This document shows positions 33,857-44,227 of a DNA stretch of 47,151 nt, piece after piece. The DNA lies in assembly GCA_043750125.1 (NCBI GenBank), contig JAYVCD010000019.1:1-47151 (forward strand). Direction: 5' to 3'. The notes beneath the pieces are model-generated. The model saw only the letters and a list, made by a program, of their open reading frames with translations, made no database searches and was not told the origin of the DNA. Origin of the DNA: Archangiaceae bacterium (GTDB taxonomy: Bacteria; Myxococcota; Myxococcia; Myxococcales; Myxococcaceae). Numbering within the stretch: position 1 is the first letter of the stretch; each line of letters begins with the position of its first letter. Made by a program: the position numbers and the translations under genes.

Positions 33857-35475
33857 GGGCCCAGGTCCACCGTCTGGGGGCCCGCGACGACCTCGATCAG
33901 ACGCTCGAGCATCACCTTGCCCGCGGCGAGCACCTCGAGGTGGGCGGTTCCGATCGGCAACTCGATCTGCTCGCCCTGGCGGGCACTCTTCCCAGCGACG
34001 CGCACCGTGCCCCCTTCCATCAGGTGAACGAATTGCACAATGCCTTGCTTCGCGACCAGTGGAAAACTCTTCGCCACCTGCTTGCCTGCCTCGAGCGCGA
34101 TCGTCACCTGAAACGGCCCGTAGCCGGCCTTTTCCAACCGGACGTCGATCGGACCCGAGTCGAAGCCCCCCAGCGTTGCCGGCGTCACGCTTCCGGTCGG
34201 CTCACCGTCTACGAAAATGAACGCGCCGGGCGGCTCGGAATCGAGCTGCAGCCGGGCGGTGATCGGCACCGCGGTGGGCGCGGCTTCCCGGGGGGCGTTG
34301 ACGGCAAAGGCGGCCCCGGCCACCCCGGCCGAGGCGAAAGCTGCGAACACCGCGACCTGCCACAGCGGCCGGGGCTTGAGTGAGGTCATCGTGGGTCGGG
34401 CCGTGCCTCCCGTTGCGGCCGCGGCCAGCTTCAACAGCTCTTGGTAGGACGTGACCACGTTGGCCCCGCGCGCGATTGCCTGCTTGAGCTCTGAACGCCG
34501 TTCCCCGCCAAGCCCTTCGAGCCACTTGCCCAGGGCGCGATCGGAAGGGCGGAAATCTTTCTCGCGCAGGTATTGATCGAGCGCCTCTTCCAACAGCGCC
34601 GCGGTCTGGAAACGCTGCTCCGGCTGTCGCTGCAGGGCCTTGCAGACGATCGCCTCAAGCTCGGGATCCACGTCGGGCCGCAGTTCGCTCAGCGAGGGGA
34701 CCAGGCCTTCTCGGACCGCCATCAGCGTCGCGCCGCTGCTTTCGCGGCGGAACAGGCCCTGACCCGACAGCAGTTCCCACAGCACGATGCCCAGCCCGAA
34801 GACGTCGCAGCGGCGATCGATGACCATCCCGTCCGAAAACTGCTCGGGCGCCAGGTAGCCCATCTTTCCTTTGATCATCCCCACTTCGGTCTGGAAGGTA
34901 TTCGTCGAAGCCTGCGCGATTCCGAAGTCCACCACCTTCACGTGCCCCTGGTAGGTGACGATCACATTCGAGGGATTCACGTCCCGATGCACCAGCGCGA
35001 GGGGCTTGCCATACGGGTCGGTCAGCTCGTGCGCAAAGTGGAGCGCCTCTGCCGCGCGGCTCACGATGTACGCGGCGATCCCCGGGTCAATCTGCGCGCC
35101 CGAGGCCGCGGCCAGAATTGCGATCTGCTGCAGGTCCTCGCCGGGCAGGTACTCCATCGCCATGAAGTAGCTGCCCTGCTCGACGCCCAGCTCGTAGATT
35201 CGGACGATCTGCGGGTGATCCAGCCGGGCGGCCAGCCGGGCTTCGTCGAGGAACATCTGGACGAAGGGGGAGCTGGCTGCGTTCGAAGGCAACACCCGCT
35301 TGAGGGCCACCACCCGGCTGAAGCCTTCCACTCCCACCTGCACCGCCAGCGACAGCTCGGCCATGCCGCCCCTGGCGAGCGGGCCGATGATCCGGTACTT
35401 GCCGAAGGCCTCGAGCTCATCCAGCCGGATCGAGGCCGCAGTGGCGTCCACCCCGATGCGCGATTCGTCCTTCAC
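33853..35475 (-). CDS. Ser/Thr protein kinase with TM and PEGA domain (start GTG 35475 or 35505)
   Basis: LARGGMA, VALK, HRDVNPSN, DFG, GYLAPE and DVFGLG. PEGA: SEPPGAFIFVDGEPTG.VTP. Confidence 0.93.
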   Translation of the reverse strand: MKDESRIGVDATAASIRLDELEAFGKYRIIGPLARGGMAELSLAVQVGVEGFSRVVALKRVLPSNAASSPFVQMFLDEARLAARLDHPQIVRIYELGVEQGSYFMAMEYLPGEDLQQIAILAAASGAQIDPGIAAYIVSRAAEALHFAHELTDPYGKPLALVHRDVNPSNVIVTYQGHVKVVDFGIAQASTNTFQTEVGMIKGKMGYLAPEQFSDGMVIDRRCDVFGLGIVLWELLSGQGLFRRESSGATLMAVREGLVPSLSELRPDVDPELEAIVCKALQRQPEQRFQTAALLEEALDQYLREKDFRPSDRALGKWLEGLGGERRSELKQAIARGANVVTSYQELLKLAAAATGGTARPTMTSLKPRPLWQVAVFAAFASAGVAGAAFAVNAPREAAPTAVPITARLQLDSEPPGAFIFVDGEPTGSVTPATLGGFDSGPIDVRLEKAGYGPFQVTIALEAGKQVAKSFPLVAKQGIVQFVHLMEGGTVRVAGKSARQGEQIELPIGTAHLEVLAAGKVMLERLIEVVAGPQTVDLGP

Positions 35476-35653
35476 TGGTGCCTCACCCCCGCGGGCAAAT
35501 ATCACGCGGCGAAGTTGAAATCGCGCCTCGTCTCCCGCCCGCCGGGCCCATTCGGAACGCGGGTTCGCATTTGAGCAGCGGGCCGGTACAAAAGAACGAC
35601 GTGGCCAGATCGACTGAGTTAAGGCGCCTTCCTCAACCTGATGGGAGCGCCTG

Positions 35654-37057
35654 ATGAAACTGCTGCCGATCGACCCTCGAGCGTTGCTTGCCGTGTTGGC
35701 TGTCTACGCGTCGTCGGCCCCCGCGATCGCGGAAGACAAGCCGCCCCGAGGCCAGACCAGCTTCGCGCCCGTCTCGGGGAAAGACAGCTTTGCCTCGGTC
35801 ATGGCGAAGATGAAGGGCGACAAGGCGAAGGTCGAGAAGCGCCACACCGACCTGCTCAATGAGCGTTACGACCTCTCCAACCGGGTCGCCAAAGGAACGA
35901 CGATGTTTCGCGGCAAGGCCATTCAGGAAGGCGTCCGGGTCAAGCTGCCGAAGGGGGCGACCTGGGAAGCCCTCGCTGCAATGGCCCCCGCTGACGTGCG
36001 CGAGAAGAACCTGTTCCCCTCGGGCTTCCTCCCGCTGCCCCACCCGAACCATCCTGAAGGGGGCATGCTGTTCCCCCGCTTCCACATTCAGGAGATCAAA
36101 AAGCAGGAAGGGCGCGACCTCGAGCGGTTCGATCTCGATTTCGACATCCCGGACCAGTTTCTTCCCGAGTTCCCCCCGGCGATCTTTCTCACCACCCGCA
36201 CCGACCTGGGTGACGTCTCGCAGGGCAAGCTGGTGACGTTGATGAACTACTTCGAGCTCTTCAACGGGATCATGAACCCCAAGCAGCTCGAAGGGTTGCG
36301 CCTGCTCGTGACGCCCTTCCCGCAGCAGCAGTTCAACGCCACCGACGACCGTCGTTCCGAGCTCGCCAGCCGCGGCGTCACCTGCTTCGACTGCCACGTC
36401 AATGGGCACACCAACGGCGCCAACCACCTGGCCGGCGACGCAAGGCCGCAGGAGTCGCGCCATCGCATCGAGACCCCTTCGCTTCGAGGCGTGAACATTC
36501 AGCGGCTCTTCGGCTCGCAGCGTGCGCTCAAGTCGGTCGAGGACTTCACCGAGTTCGAGCAGCGTGCCGCTTACTTCGACGGCGACCCGGTGATCGCGAC
36601 CAAGAAGGGCATCAACCCGCTCGAGCGCGGCAGCCAGGTTCACTTCATGGCCGAAGTTCAGGAGTTGCTGGATTTTCCGCCCGCTCCGAAGCTTCGGTTC
36701 GACGGGAAGGTCGACGCCAAAACAGCGACCGAATCCGAAGTTCGTGGCCAGGCGGTCTTCTTCGGCAAAGGCCAGTGCGCCACCTGCCACACGCCGCCGT
36801 ATTACACCGACAACACGATGCACAACCTGATGGCAGAACGGTTCTTCAAGCCGCGTCTGGTCAATGGAATGATGATGAGCGGCGACGGGCCGATCAAGAC
36901 CTTCCCCTTGCGCGGCGTGAAAGATTCGCCCCCCTATTTCCACGATGGGCGGTTGCTGACGCTGGAAGACACGGTCGAGTACTTCAATCTGGTGCTCGAG
37001 ACGAAGCTCGACGATCAGGAAAAGAAAGACCTGGTCGCCTTCCTGCGGGTGCTCTAG
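35654..37057 (+). CDS. Secreted diheme cytochrome c peroxidase-like protein
   Basis: Signal peptide, CFDCH, TPSLRG, CATCH, FPLRGVKDSPPYFHDGR and DLVAFL. Confidence 0.88.
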   Translation: MKLLPIDPRALLAVLAVYASSAPAIAEDKPPRGQTSFAPVSGKDSFASVMAKMKGDKAKVEKRHTDLLNERYDLSNRVAKGTTMFRGKAIQEGVRVKLPKGATWEALAAMAPADVREKNLFPSGFLPLPHPNHPEGGMLFPRFHIQEIKKQEGRDLERFDLDFDIPDQFLPEFPPAIFLTTRTDLGDVSQGKLVTLMNYFELFNGIMNPKQLEGLRLLVTPFPQQQFNATDDRRSELASRGVTCFDCHVNGHTNGANHLAGDARPQESRHRIETPSLRGVNIQRLFGSQRALKSVEDFTEFEQRAAYFDGDPVIATKKGINPLERGSQVHFMAEVQELLDFPPAPKLRFDGKVDAKTATESEVRGQAVFFGKGQCATCHTPPYYTDNTMHNLMAERFFKPRLVNGMMMSGDGPIKTFPLRGVKDSPPYFHDGRLLTLEDTVEYFNLVLETKLDDQEKKDLVAFLRVL

Positions 37058-39162
37058 CGCATTTTCCGTTTGGCGGCATTCAGCCCTTTGCCGCACTGTT
37101 GTTTGTTGGGTCCGAATCTCATCGGACGATGCCTGCGTCGCAGCACGGTCCATAGAAAAGCCGGGAGCAATGTGAGGGCGAGCCCATCGCCCGTCGCGCA
37201 GCCACAGCCGAGGGCCCGGTGCACCGGTGCACAGGCTACGTCGAGCTCGAGGGCCAGCGCGTCGGTGGCCCCGGGAACGGACGCGATCAGCACCAGCGAA
37301 TGGGTGCCCTCCTGCCCGTTGCTCGGGGTCCACCGCAGCGTGCTGGTCTGAGCGTCGAGCTCCAGACCCGCGGGCAGGGCAGCCCCACTCGGGGTGCGCA
37401 GCTCGAAGGTGAAGGGGGCGTCTCCGAGCACGTTGGCGCCGGGCGTACCTTCAAACGGGACTCCGCAGGACGCAGAAAGGGCGATTGGATCTCGGCTCGG
37501 GAAGCGGGGCGGTATCGCGCAGGCGCCGGTTCGACAGGCGCGGCCGGGCGTGCAGTCGGCGGACGTCTGACACGACGCGGGGCACGAGACTTGTGCGCCC
37601 GAGCAGACGAAGGGAGCGCAAGAAGACGCGGGGGTGGCCGCGGGAACCAAAGCGTCCGTGGGACACGACCCGACCGTCCCCTCACACACCTCGGCGAGGT
37701 CACACCCGCCCGCCGCAGGGCGACACACGGTCCCCGGCGGCGCGAACGCGTCGCTCGGGCAGGTGGCCTGGGTTCCCGAACAAAGCTCGGCCGTGTCGCA
37801 AGGCCCAGCCGACGATCGGCAGCTCGTTCCGTTCTGAAAGAGGTCCGCAGGGCAGCTCGGGCTCGAGCCGCTGCAGTCCTCGGCCGCATCGCAGTCGCCC
37901 GCCGCCCCGCGGCAGATCGCACCCGCCGTCCGCATCGCACAGGTTCCGTCGAGAGCGGCTCCCGCGGCGAGGCTGCAGGCCTGGCAGTCGGTCGGGTCCG
38001 TGCCCCCGCAGGCCGCGTTGCAGCACACCGCATCGACGCAGAAGGTGCTGTCACAGTCGGTGGCGACGCCGCAGGCCTGTCCCACTGCGAGCTTCTGAAA
38101 TTCGATGACGAAGTAGCCCGCGCGCGCAGCCACCGAGCCGGTGATTCCCCGGGTCAGGGTCACCGCAGTCGGCGAGGTGAGCTCGACTGTGAACCAGCCG
38201 GGCCCCGGGTTGTCATCCCCCGTGAAGGCGTGGGCACCTGTGCGCTGGTAGGCGCTCAAGAGGGCCACCGATTGACCGAGGTTTGCGCTGAAGGTCAGGG
38301 TGTCTGTGCCCGTGACCTCGAGGCCGGTGAATGTCTTCTCTGCTCCGCTGACTCGGGTGCCGTCTGAGAAGGTCACGACCTCCCATGCGTAGTCGAGGGC
38401 GGTGGTGGTGAGCTCGCGCCGAATGACGAGGTTGGTGGCGTTGAGAGTCGCCTCGACCGCGTTTTCTCCTGAGCTGGTCCCGCCCGAGCTACGCCAGGTC
38501 ACCTGCGCGAAGGATCGACTGAGGTCCACCGCGATGCTGGGAGTTGCCAAGCCGGCTCCAATCGCCAGCGCGCCAGAGCCCCGCTGCACGGCCGCGCCGG
38601 TGTAATCGACCACCTGCCAATCGCAGGTCGCTGCCAGGGTCGAGTTGTGGACGATCTCGAGGCTCGTCGGCGAGAGCAGCTGGCCGCGGAAGAAATCGTC
38701 GACCGCGTACCCGACGCTGGTGCCCGGTGAGGAGCACGAGAGCAGCACGAAGCTCTGCGCCAGGGTCACTGCGTTGATCGAAATCGTGCCCGAGTTGGTG
38801 ACGCTGGCTGTGCCTCGCTGCACCGTCACCCCCAGCGAGAACTCGGCCACGTACCACTGCACCGTCATCGGGGTGAGGCTGGTGTCGTCGCCGCGATTGA
38901 AGGTCAACGACGTCGCGCCCAACTGGCCGCGAATCTGCCCATCGCCGGGGTCGGTGCTCGAGCCGCGCACGCTCATGAAGAGGATCGCCGTCGTCGGGTC
39001 GATCGCGGCGAGAGTCGCGGTCGTCGTCTGGGGAGCGCCCGCGCCGACCGCCAGCACGGTCGAGCCCGACTGCAATGACTTGAGGACCGCCGCCTCGGAC
39101 TTTGGAGTGGGAACGAAGAGGACGAGGAGCAGGGCTGCTCCGATGAAACGCGTAGGACGAAT
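37054..39162 (-). CDS. MYXO-CTERM-type surface protein with four beta repeats, disintegrin-like Cys repeats and an Ig-like domain (start uncertain; ORF track uses 39270)
   Basis: Signal peptide, three CRxxxGxCDxAExCxG repeats, LPAGL...LRWTP, and a GCGC..TM..RRR tail. Confidence 0.8.
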   Translation of the reverse strand: MRPTRFIGAALLLVLFVPTPKSEAAVLKSLQSGSTVLAVGAGAPQTTTATLAAIDPTTAILFMSVRGSSTDPGDGQIRGQLGATSLTFNRGDDTSLTPMTVQWYVAEFSLGVTVQRGTASVTNSGTISINAVTLAQSFVLLSCSSPGTSVGYAVDDFFRGQLLSPTSLEIVHNSTLAATCDWQVVDYTGAAVQRGSGALAIGAGLATPSIAVDLSRSFAQVTWRSSGGTSSGENAVEATLNATNLVIRRELTTTALDYAWEVVTFSDGTRVSGAEKTFTGLEVTGTDTLTFSANLGQSVALLSAYQRTGAHAFTGDDNPGPGWFTVELTSPTAVTLTRGITGSVAARAGYFVIEFQKLAVGQACGVATDCDSTFCVDAVCCNAACGGTDPTDCQACSLAAGAALDGTCAMRTAGAICRGAAGDCDAAEDCSGSSPSCPADLFQNGTSCRSSAGPCDTAELCSGTQATCPSDAFAPPGTVCRPAAGGCDLAEVCEGTVGSCPTDALVPAATPASSCAPFVCSGAQVSCPASCQTSADCTPGRACRTGACAIPPRFPSRDPIALSASCGVPFEGTPGANVLGDAPFTFELRTPSGAALPAGLELDAQTSTLRWTPSNGQEGTHSLVLIASVPGATDALALELDVACAPVHRALGCGCATGDGLALTLLPAFLWTVLRRRHRPMRFGPNKQQCGKGLNAAKRKMR

Positions 39163-39223
39163 CGGGGGCCCCCTGGGAACGGGTCGGATGCTACTGCTCC
39201 TCGGTGCGACTCGCGACCCGAGG

Positions 39224-40213
39224 TCACGCTGCGCAGGTGAAATCGCGCCCTTCCTCCCACCCCGCGGCACCCAGGAACGCCCGGATCTTCTCGCGCGCCC
39301 CCTTCGCGCCCACCGCCGAGATCAGGTGCCCCCGCGGCGGTCCCACTTCGTCCAGCCCCACCACCGGGGCTCCGTCGATCTGCATTCCGATTTTTCGCGG
39401 GTTCACGTCGATGAAGCGATCGACCGGCCCCAGGTGCCGCGCGAGCTTCAGGCCGATCTCACCCGCTCCCCACACGCTGATCGGCCGTTTCAACAGCGGA
39501 GCCAGAAACCTCGCCTTCAGTTCCAGATGTCGCTCGAGGCCATAGCGCGGGTCCTTCCGCGTCACCCGAAGCTCGTGGTCCCGCCACCGCACCAGACGCG
39601 GCTCGATGCAGCGCAGCCTTCGCCCGCTCTGCAGCAACCTCAACAACAGGTCCCAATCTTCAGGGAAGTCCCCTTCGCGCCACCCGCCGGCCCACTCGAA
39701 CGCCTCGCGGCGCAGGGTGAGGCTCGGGTTGCACAGCGGGCTCTCGACCAGCCGGTCGGCAAACAGCGCCTGGGCCGTGGTCAGCGAGTTGAGCCATTGG
39801 GCATACCGCTGCAGGTTCGGGCTCACCGGGCGGTCGTCGCGAAACACTTCGACCTGGGTCCCCACCCCGCACAGCGAAGGGTCGGCTTCCAGCGCCGCCA
39901 GGCTCAGCTCGAGCCTTCGCGGGTCACACTGGTCGTCGGCGTCCATTCGCGCGATGAACGGCGCCTGCGCGTGGCTCAGCGCGAGGTTCGCCGCGCTCAC
40001 CACGCCTTCCCGCGGGGCCCTGAGCACCTTGAGTCTCGGGTCCGACCGGGCCAGCGCTTCGAGCACCGAGGCGCTCGAGTCGACCGAGCCGTCGTCCACT
40101 GCGATCAACTCGAGTTGACGCTCTGACTGCCCGAGGATGTCCATCGCCGCGCGCGCCACGGTCTGCTGCGCATCACGAACGGGAAGCAACACCGAGACTC
40201 GAAGGGCGCCCAT
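39224..40213 (-). CDS. Glycosyltransferase family 2 with C-terminal Rossmann-like domain
   Basis: VSVLLPVRD, VDDGSVD, ARMDADD, PEDWDL and WGAG. Confidence 0.9.
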   Translation of the reverse strand: MGALRVSVLLPVRDAQQTVARAAMDILGQSERQLELIAVDDGSVDSSASVLEALARSDPRLKVLRAPREGVVSAANLALSHAQAPFIARMDADDQCDPRRLELSLAALEADPSLCGVGTQVEVFRDDRPVSPNLQRYAQWLNSLTTAQALFADRLVESPLCNPSLTLRREAFEWAGGWREGDFPEDWDLLLRLLQSGRRLRCIEPRLVRWRDHELRVTRKDPRYGLERHLELKARFLAPLLKRPISVWGAGEIGLKLARHLGPVDRFIDVNPRKIGMQIDGAPVVGLDEVGPPRGHLISAVGAKGAREKIRAFLGAAGWEEGRDFTCAA

Positions 40214-40284
40214 CGGCGCGGCAGACTCTAGATCGGGCGCTGACGAGGCGGGCTCACTGTATAGACTCTGAAGCGCCCTGCTGC

Positions 40285-43200
40285 ATGAACCCTGATTCAA
40301 CTCCGCTGCCCCATCGGTCCGACCGCGTCGATACGGTCCGTACCCTTGCGCTGTCGGGGCCGGCTGAAGAGGCCAACCGGGGCGTGCTCCAGATGCACCG
40401 CGCGATCGCCAATCGGTTGCTGGCGGAAGGAGCGCCCGCCCGCGCCTTCAGTGAGCTGGTGCTCGCGACCCGCCAGATGCCGATGAGCGCGCGACTGGCA
40501 GCAGCGCTGGCGCACATCGCGCTCAAGGCCGGGACGGTGCCAGCCGCCGTGACGCTGCTCACCACCGGCCTGGAGGAAATCGAAGGCGTCGAGCGGATCG
40601 GGGTTCGCCATGCGCTCGCCCGCCTGTATCGCCGCAGTGATGATCTCGAGCTGGCGCGCGAGCAGTTGGTGGTGGTGCTCGCGGAAAATCCGACCGATCG
40701 CCGCGCCCGGTTGACCCTCAATGCGCTGCTCGAGCGGGAAGAGCGGTGGGACGAGCTCGATGCCTCGCTCGAGAAACAGACCCGTGAAGAGCTGCGGCGC
40801 GGGACGCTGCGTCGCGCGTCGCGGACCTCGCTCAAGCGCGCCCGGCTGTGGGGCGAGCGGCTGGACAACCCGGCCCGCGCGGCGCTGCGGTACGGGCAGG
40901 CGGGGCAGTTCGCCGAGCAGGGCGGGGACTTCGAGAGCTGTTTTCTGCTGCGGCTGCTCTGGCTGCGCTCGCTCCACAAGTCCCATGCGCCCGCGCGCGC
41001 GATGACCGAAGCGGTCGAGTTGGCGCTGCGGGCAGCCCTTCGGGTGGGGAAGGTGGACCGCGTTCGCCACATGGTCCACGAGCTGAAGATTTCGGGCGCG
41101 TCGATGCCGTCGATGACCGACATTGCAGTGGCGGTCGTGACCGAGGGTACCGAGCCGACCCTCGCGCAGGCCAGGTCATTGCCGATGCTGGCGAGCGCCC
41201 CCAACTCGACCCAGATCGAGCTGCTGGCCGTCGCAGCCGAGGCCGAGCAGACCGGACGCAAGCCCGAGGTGGCTGCGCTGTTGCGCGCGGCGATCGATGA
41301 AGGGCCCCACCCCCAGGCGCTCAAACGCCTCGAGGCCCACCTGGTCGCCCGCGGAGCGTGGCGTGAGCTGGCGCAGTTCTACGGGGACAACGCCACCCGG
41401 GCGACTGGCAATCTCGAGAAGGCCCAGTGGAAGGAAAAGCTCGCCGAGCTGCTCGAGTCCGAGCTTTCCGATGGGGTGGGAGCGGCAAAGACCTGGGCCG
41501 AGGTGGGTCAGCTCACCGGAGACCCGCGCGCGGTGCAGGAGCAGGTGCGGCTTCACTCCGAACGGAAGGACGCGAAGAGCGTGCGGCGGGCGCTCGACGA
41601 GGGCGTCGACCGGGCGGTGGTGCCCCAGGCGAAGGCCGACGCGCTCGTGGCCCGCGCCGAAGAGGCGCTCACCCGAAGAGATCAAGCGACCGCGCGCAGC
41701 GACTTTGAAGCCGCCCTCGTCGCGGTGCCCCAGCACCCCGCGACCCTGGCGGGGTTGGCGGAAATCGCCGCCGCGAACCAGGACCTTCACTTCATTCCCC
41801 TGCTCCAGCGGGCCCTCGACCGGGTTCCGCGCCGGCGTCCCGGGCGCGGCGAGCTCTATCGTCGACTGGGGCGACTGGCCGATGCGACCGGCAAGGACTC
41901 GGAAGCGGGGCGCGCCGCCTGGGCCGAGGTGCTGTTCGAGCTTCCCGAAGACGAGGAAGCCCAGGGGCGGATGTCGGTGCTCGCCCGCGCGCAAGGAGAC
42001 AGCGGCCAACTCGAGACCGCGCTGCGGGCGCTGATCTCGAAGACCCCGCGCGGTCCGGCGACCCGCGAGGCCCGGCTCGAGCTGGTGGCCGTGCTCGAGC
42101 ACAGTCAGCGCTCAGACGACGCGCTCGCCGAGCTGAGGGTGGCGGTCCGCTTCGAGCCCGGGCACCAGCAGGCCTGGCTCGCCCTGGCCGATCGACTCGA
42201 GCAGCGCGAGCTGTGGACGGAAGCCGCCTGGGCGCTCGAGCACGGAACCACCGCCACCGGTGACGGCGCGCTGCGACTTTCGTTGTGGATGCGACTGTCG
42301 CGGTTCGCCGCCGAACGGCTGGACGACCCCGACAAGGCCGAGACCTACCAGCGACGCGCTCAGAAGCTGCGGCGTGAGCTGCTCGAAGAAGAGTCCCCCG
42401 CAGAGGTCACGCACAGCTCGCCTCTGGTGGCCGCTCCGAAGGGGGCACAGCTTCCGCTCCAATCAGAGACGACTCCGATCGAAAATGACTTCGAGCGCCT
42501 GGCGGACCTGCTCGAGGCGGTCCCCGAACCGGAACCCACTCCCCCGCTGCCGCCCCCGGTTCCGAAAGGAAGAGGCGGAGTGCCTCCCGCGGTCGTCGAG
42601 ATGCTCCGCACCCTCGCGGCCGGGCCGGACGCCAGAAGCTGGGCCAAGGCGGTTCGCGCCGATGCGACCGTGCCCTGGAATGACGAACGACCGGAAGGGA
42701 AGAGCCCGGGGAAGGGGGTGCCATCCGTCCCCTGGGACGAGCCCCGGGTGGCCCGACCGGCCGGGTTGCCCGCAGTACCGGGCGTGAGCATCAGCGGCCT
42801 CGAGCCGCGGCCCGAGCTGAAGAGTGCGGGTCGAGGACTTCCGGTGACCGGGCTGGGGCTGCGGATTCCAGCGGTCGAGCCGTGGCAGAAGCCGGCGGTG
42901 ATGCTGCGGCCGCGCGCCAGCGCTCCGGGCCCCTCTGCAGCCCCGGTTCCGGAAAAGAAGAACCTTCGGGTGCCGCAGGTGCCGGTGCCGATCGAAACGC
43001 CCGACGATGACGACTGGGAAGGCAGCATGGTCGGCCAGCTCGACGACGACGAGGATGCGTTGCTCGAAGAGGCGCTCAGCGGCAGCGATGATCTGGTCGA
43101 AGTGGGAAGCGCGGACTTCGAGCAACCCGTCGAAGACTGGGAAGCGCCTCCCGGAGTCCTGCCGTACGTGCCCTCTCACAGCACGGTGGCCGCGCCCTCG

Positions 43201-44184
43201 CTCGGAGATCCGGCCGCGGCGCTTCCCGATTCGTTCGGCCCGTCGCCGTCGAAAGCGCTGAGCAAGGAACGGCTGAAGCTGTTCGAGCGGGTGAGAGCCT
43301 CGCCGCTCGAGGCCGACGGGTACCGGCTGCTCGCCGAGCACTACGACCTGGGCGCCGACGCGTCGCGCTCGAGCCTGATGCTCGAAATCGCGCTGGCTCT
43401 CGAAGGAGATCCGCACGCCGCGCCGCGCGCTCCGAAGATGATCTTGTCGGCCACCGATCGCGTCGGTCTCAAGCACCCGCTGCTTCGGGGGGAAGAAGGA
43501 GAGCTGCTGGGGCTGTGCGGCCTGGCCTTGTGCCGCATCTACCCCACCCAGGGCTCGGAAGCCGGCACCCGGGAAGAGTTCGGGCTCGATCTGGGCAAGG
43601 GCGCCAAAGGGGCCGCCGACGCGCTGCTCACCGCGGTGAGGATCCTCGGGCTGCGCGCTCCCGACGTGTACCCGAGCAACGAAAATGGCCCCCCCTTTTC
43701 CCTCGTCTTCCCCGGCGCGCCGCGGCTGCTGGTGGGCCGGTTGGCGATCAAGCGGGTGCTGCCGGAAGCCGAGCTGCGCTTCTTCGCCGGGCGCGCGCTC
43801 TTCACCCAGAATCCAGACTTGCTGTGCTTGAGAAACCTGCGGCGAGAGCAGCTGATTCGCGCGCTGCAGGTGCTGACCCAGGTGCTCCACGGCCAGGCTT
43901 CGACCGCAGAAGCGCGAGCCGTGCGCGATGGGGTGGCTCCCAAGAGTTGGGAAAGGCTCAAGCAGCTGAACGGGAAGGTCGGCCGGAAGATGAACCTCGC
44001 GACCCTCTCGGAAGCCGCGCGCCATTCGGCCAACCGGGCCGGGCTGGTGGTCTGCGGCGGGGTGGCTCCGGCCGTGGCGGCGCTGCGGGCGAAGAAAGCG
44101 CTCGCGAGCGAAATGATCGAGCTGGTGCGTTTTGCGGCCAGCGAGCGGTACCTGCTGCTGCGCTCGCGCAAGCTCGGGAAGTAG
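40285..44184 (+). CDS. Large myxobacterial TPR-repeat protein
   Basis: 1299-aa frame with many TPR-like helices, a Pro/acidic linker, and a C-terminal [10 protein letters not shown]...[11 protein letters not shown] domain. Confidence 0.8.
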   Translation: MNPDSTPLPHRSDRVDTVRTLALSGPAEEANRGVLQMHRAIANRLLAEGAPARAFSELVLATRQMPMSARLAAALAHIALKAGTVPAAVTLLTTGLEEIEGVERIGVRHALARLYRRSDDLELAREQLVVVLAENPTDRRARLTLNALLEREERWDELDASLEKQTREELRRGTLRRASRTSLKRARLWGERLDNPARAALRYGQAGQFAEQGGDFESCFLLRLLWLRSLHKSHAPARAMTEAVELALRAALRVGKVDRVRHMVHELKISGASMPSMTDIAVAVVTEGTEPTLAQARSLPMLASAPNSTQIELLAVAAEAEQTGRKPEVAALLRAAIDEGPHPQALKRLEAHLVARGAWRELAQFYGDNATRATGNLEKAQWKEKLAELLESELSDGVGAAKTWAEVGQLTGDPRAVQEQVRLHSERKDAKSVRRALDEGVDRAVVPQAKADALVARAEEALTRRDQATARSDFEAALVAVPQHPATLAGLAEIAAANQDLHFIPLLQRALDRVPRRRPGRGELYRRLGRLADATGKDSEAGRAAWAEVLFELPEDEEAQGRMSVLARAQGDSGQLETALRALISKTPRGPATREARLELVAVLEHSQRSDDALAELRVAVRFEPGHQQAWLALADRLEQRELWTEAAWALEHGTTATGDGALRLSLWMRLSRFAAERLDDPDKAETYQRRAQKLRRELLEEESPAEVTHSSPLVAAPKGAQLPLQSETTPIENDFERLADLLEAVPEPEPTPPLPPPVPKGRGGVPPAVVEMLRTLAAGPDARSWAKAVRADATVPWNDERPEGKSPGKGVPSVPWDEPRVARPAGLPAVPGVSISGLEPRPELKSAGRGLPVTGLGLRIPAVEPWQKPAVMLRPRASAPGPSAAPVPEKKNLRVPQVPVPIETPDDDDWEGSMVGQLDDDEDALLEEALSGSDDLVEVGSADFEQPVEDWEAPPGVLPYVPSHSTVAAPSLGDPAAALPDSFGPSPSKALSKERLKLFERVRASPLEADGYRLLAEHYDLGADASRSSLMLEIALALEGDPHAAPRAPKMILSATDRVGLKHPLLRGEEGELLGLCGLALCRIYPTQGSEAGTREEFGLDLGKGAKGAADALLTAVRILGLRAPDVYPSNENGPPFSLVFPGAPRLLVGRLAIKRVLPEAELRFFAGRALFTQNPDLLCLRNLRREQLIRALQVLTQVLHGQASTAEARAVRDGVAPKSWERLKQLNGKVGRKMNLATLSEAARHSANRAGLVVCGGVAPAVAALRAKKALASEMIELVRFAASERYLLLRSRKLGK

Positions 44185-44227
44185 ACCGCCGTTCACCTCG
44201 TGCCCGATGCGCGCTAGGAGGCGTCCC

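Noticed and set aside
31473-34220. 915-aa plus-strand ORF and other long antisense ORFs (15156-16988, 35633-37333, 42463-44409, 43958-46039)
   Set aside because: Shadow frames of real high-GC genes, with no motifs.
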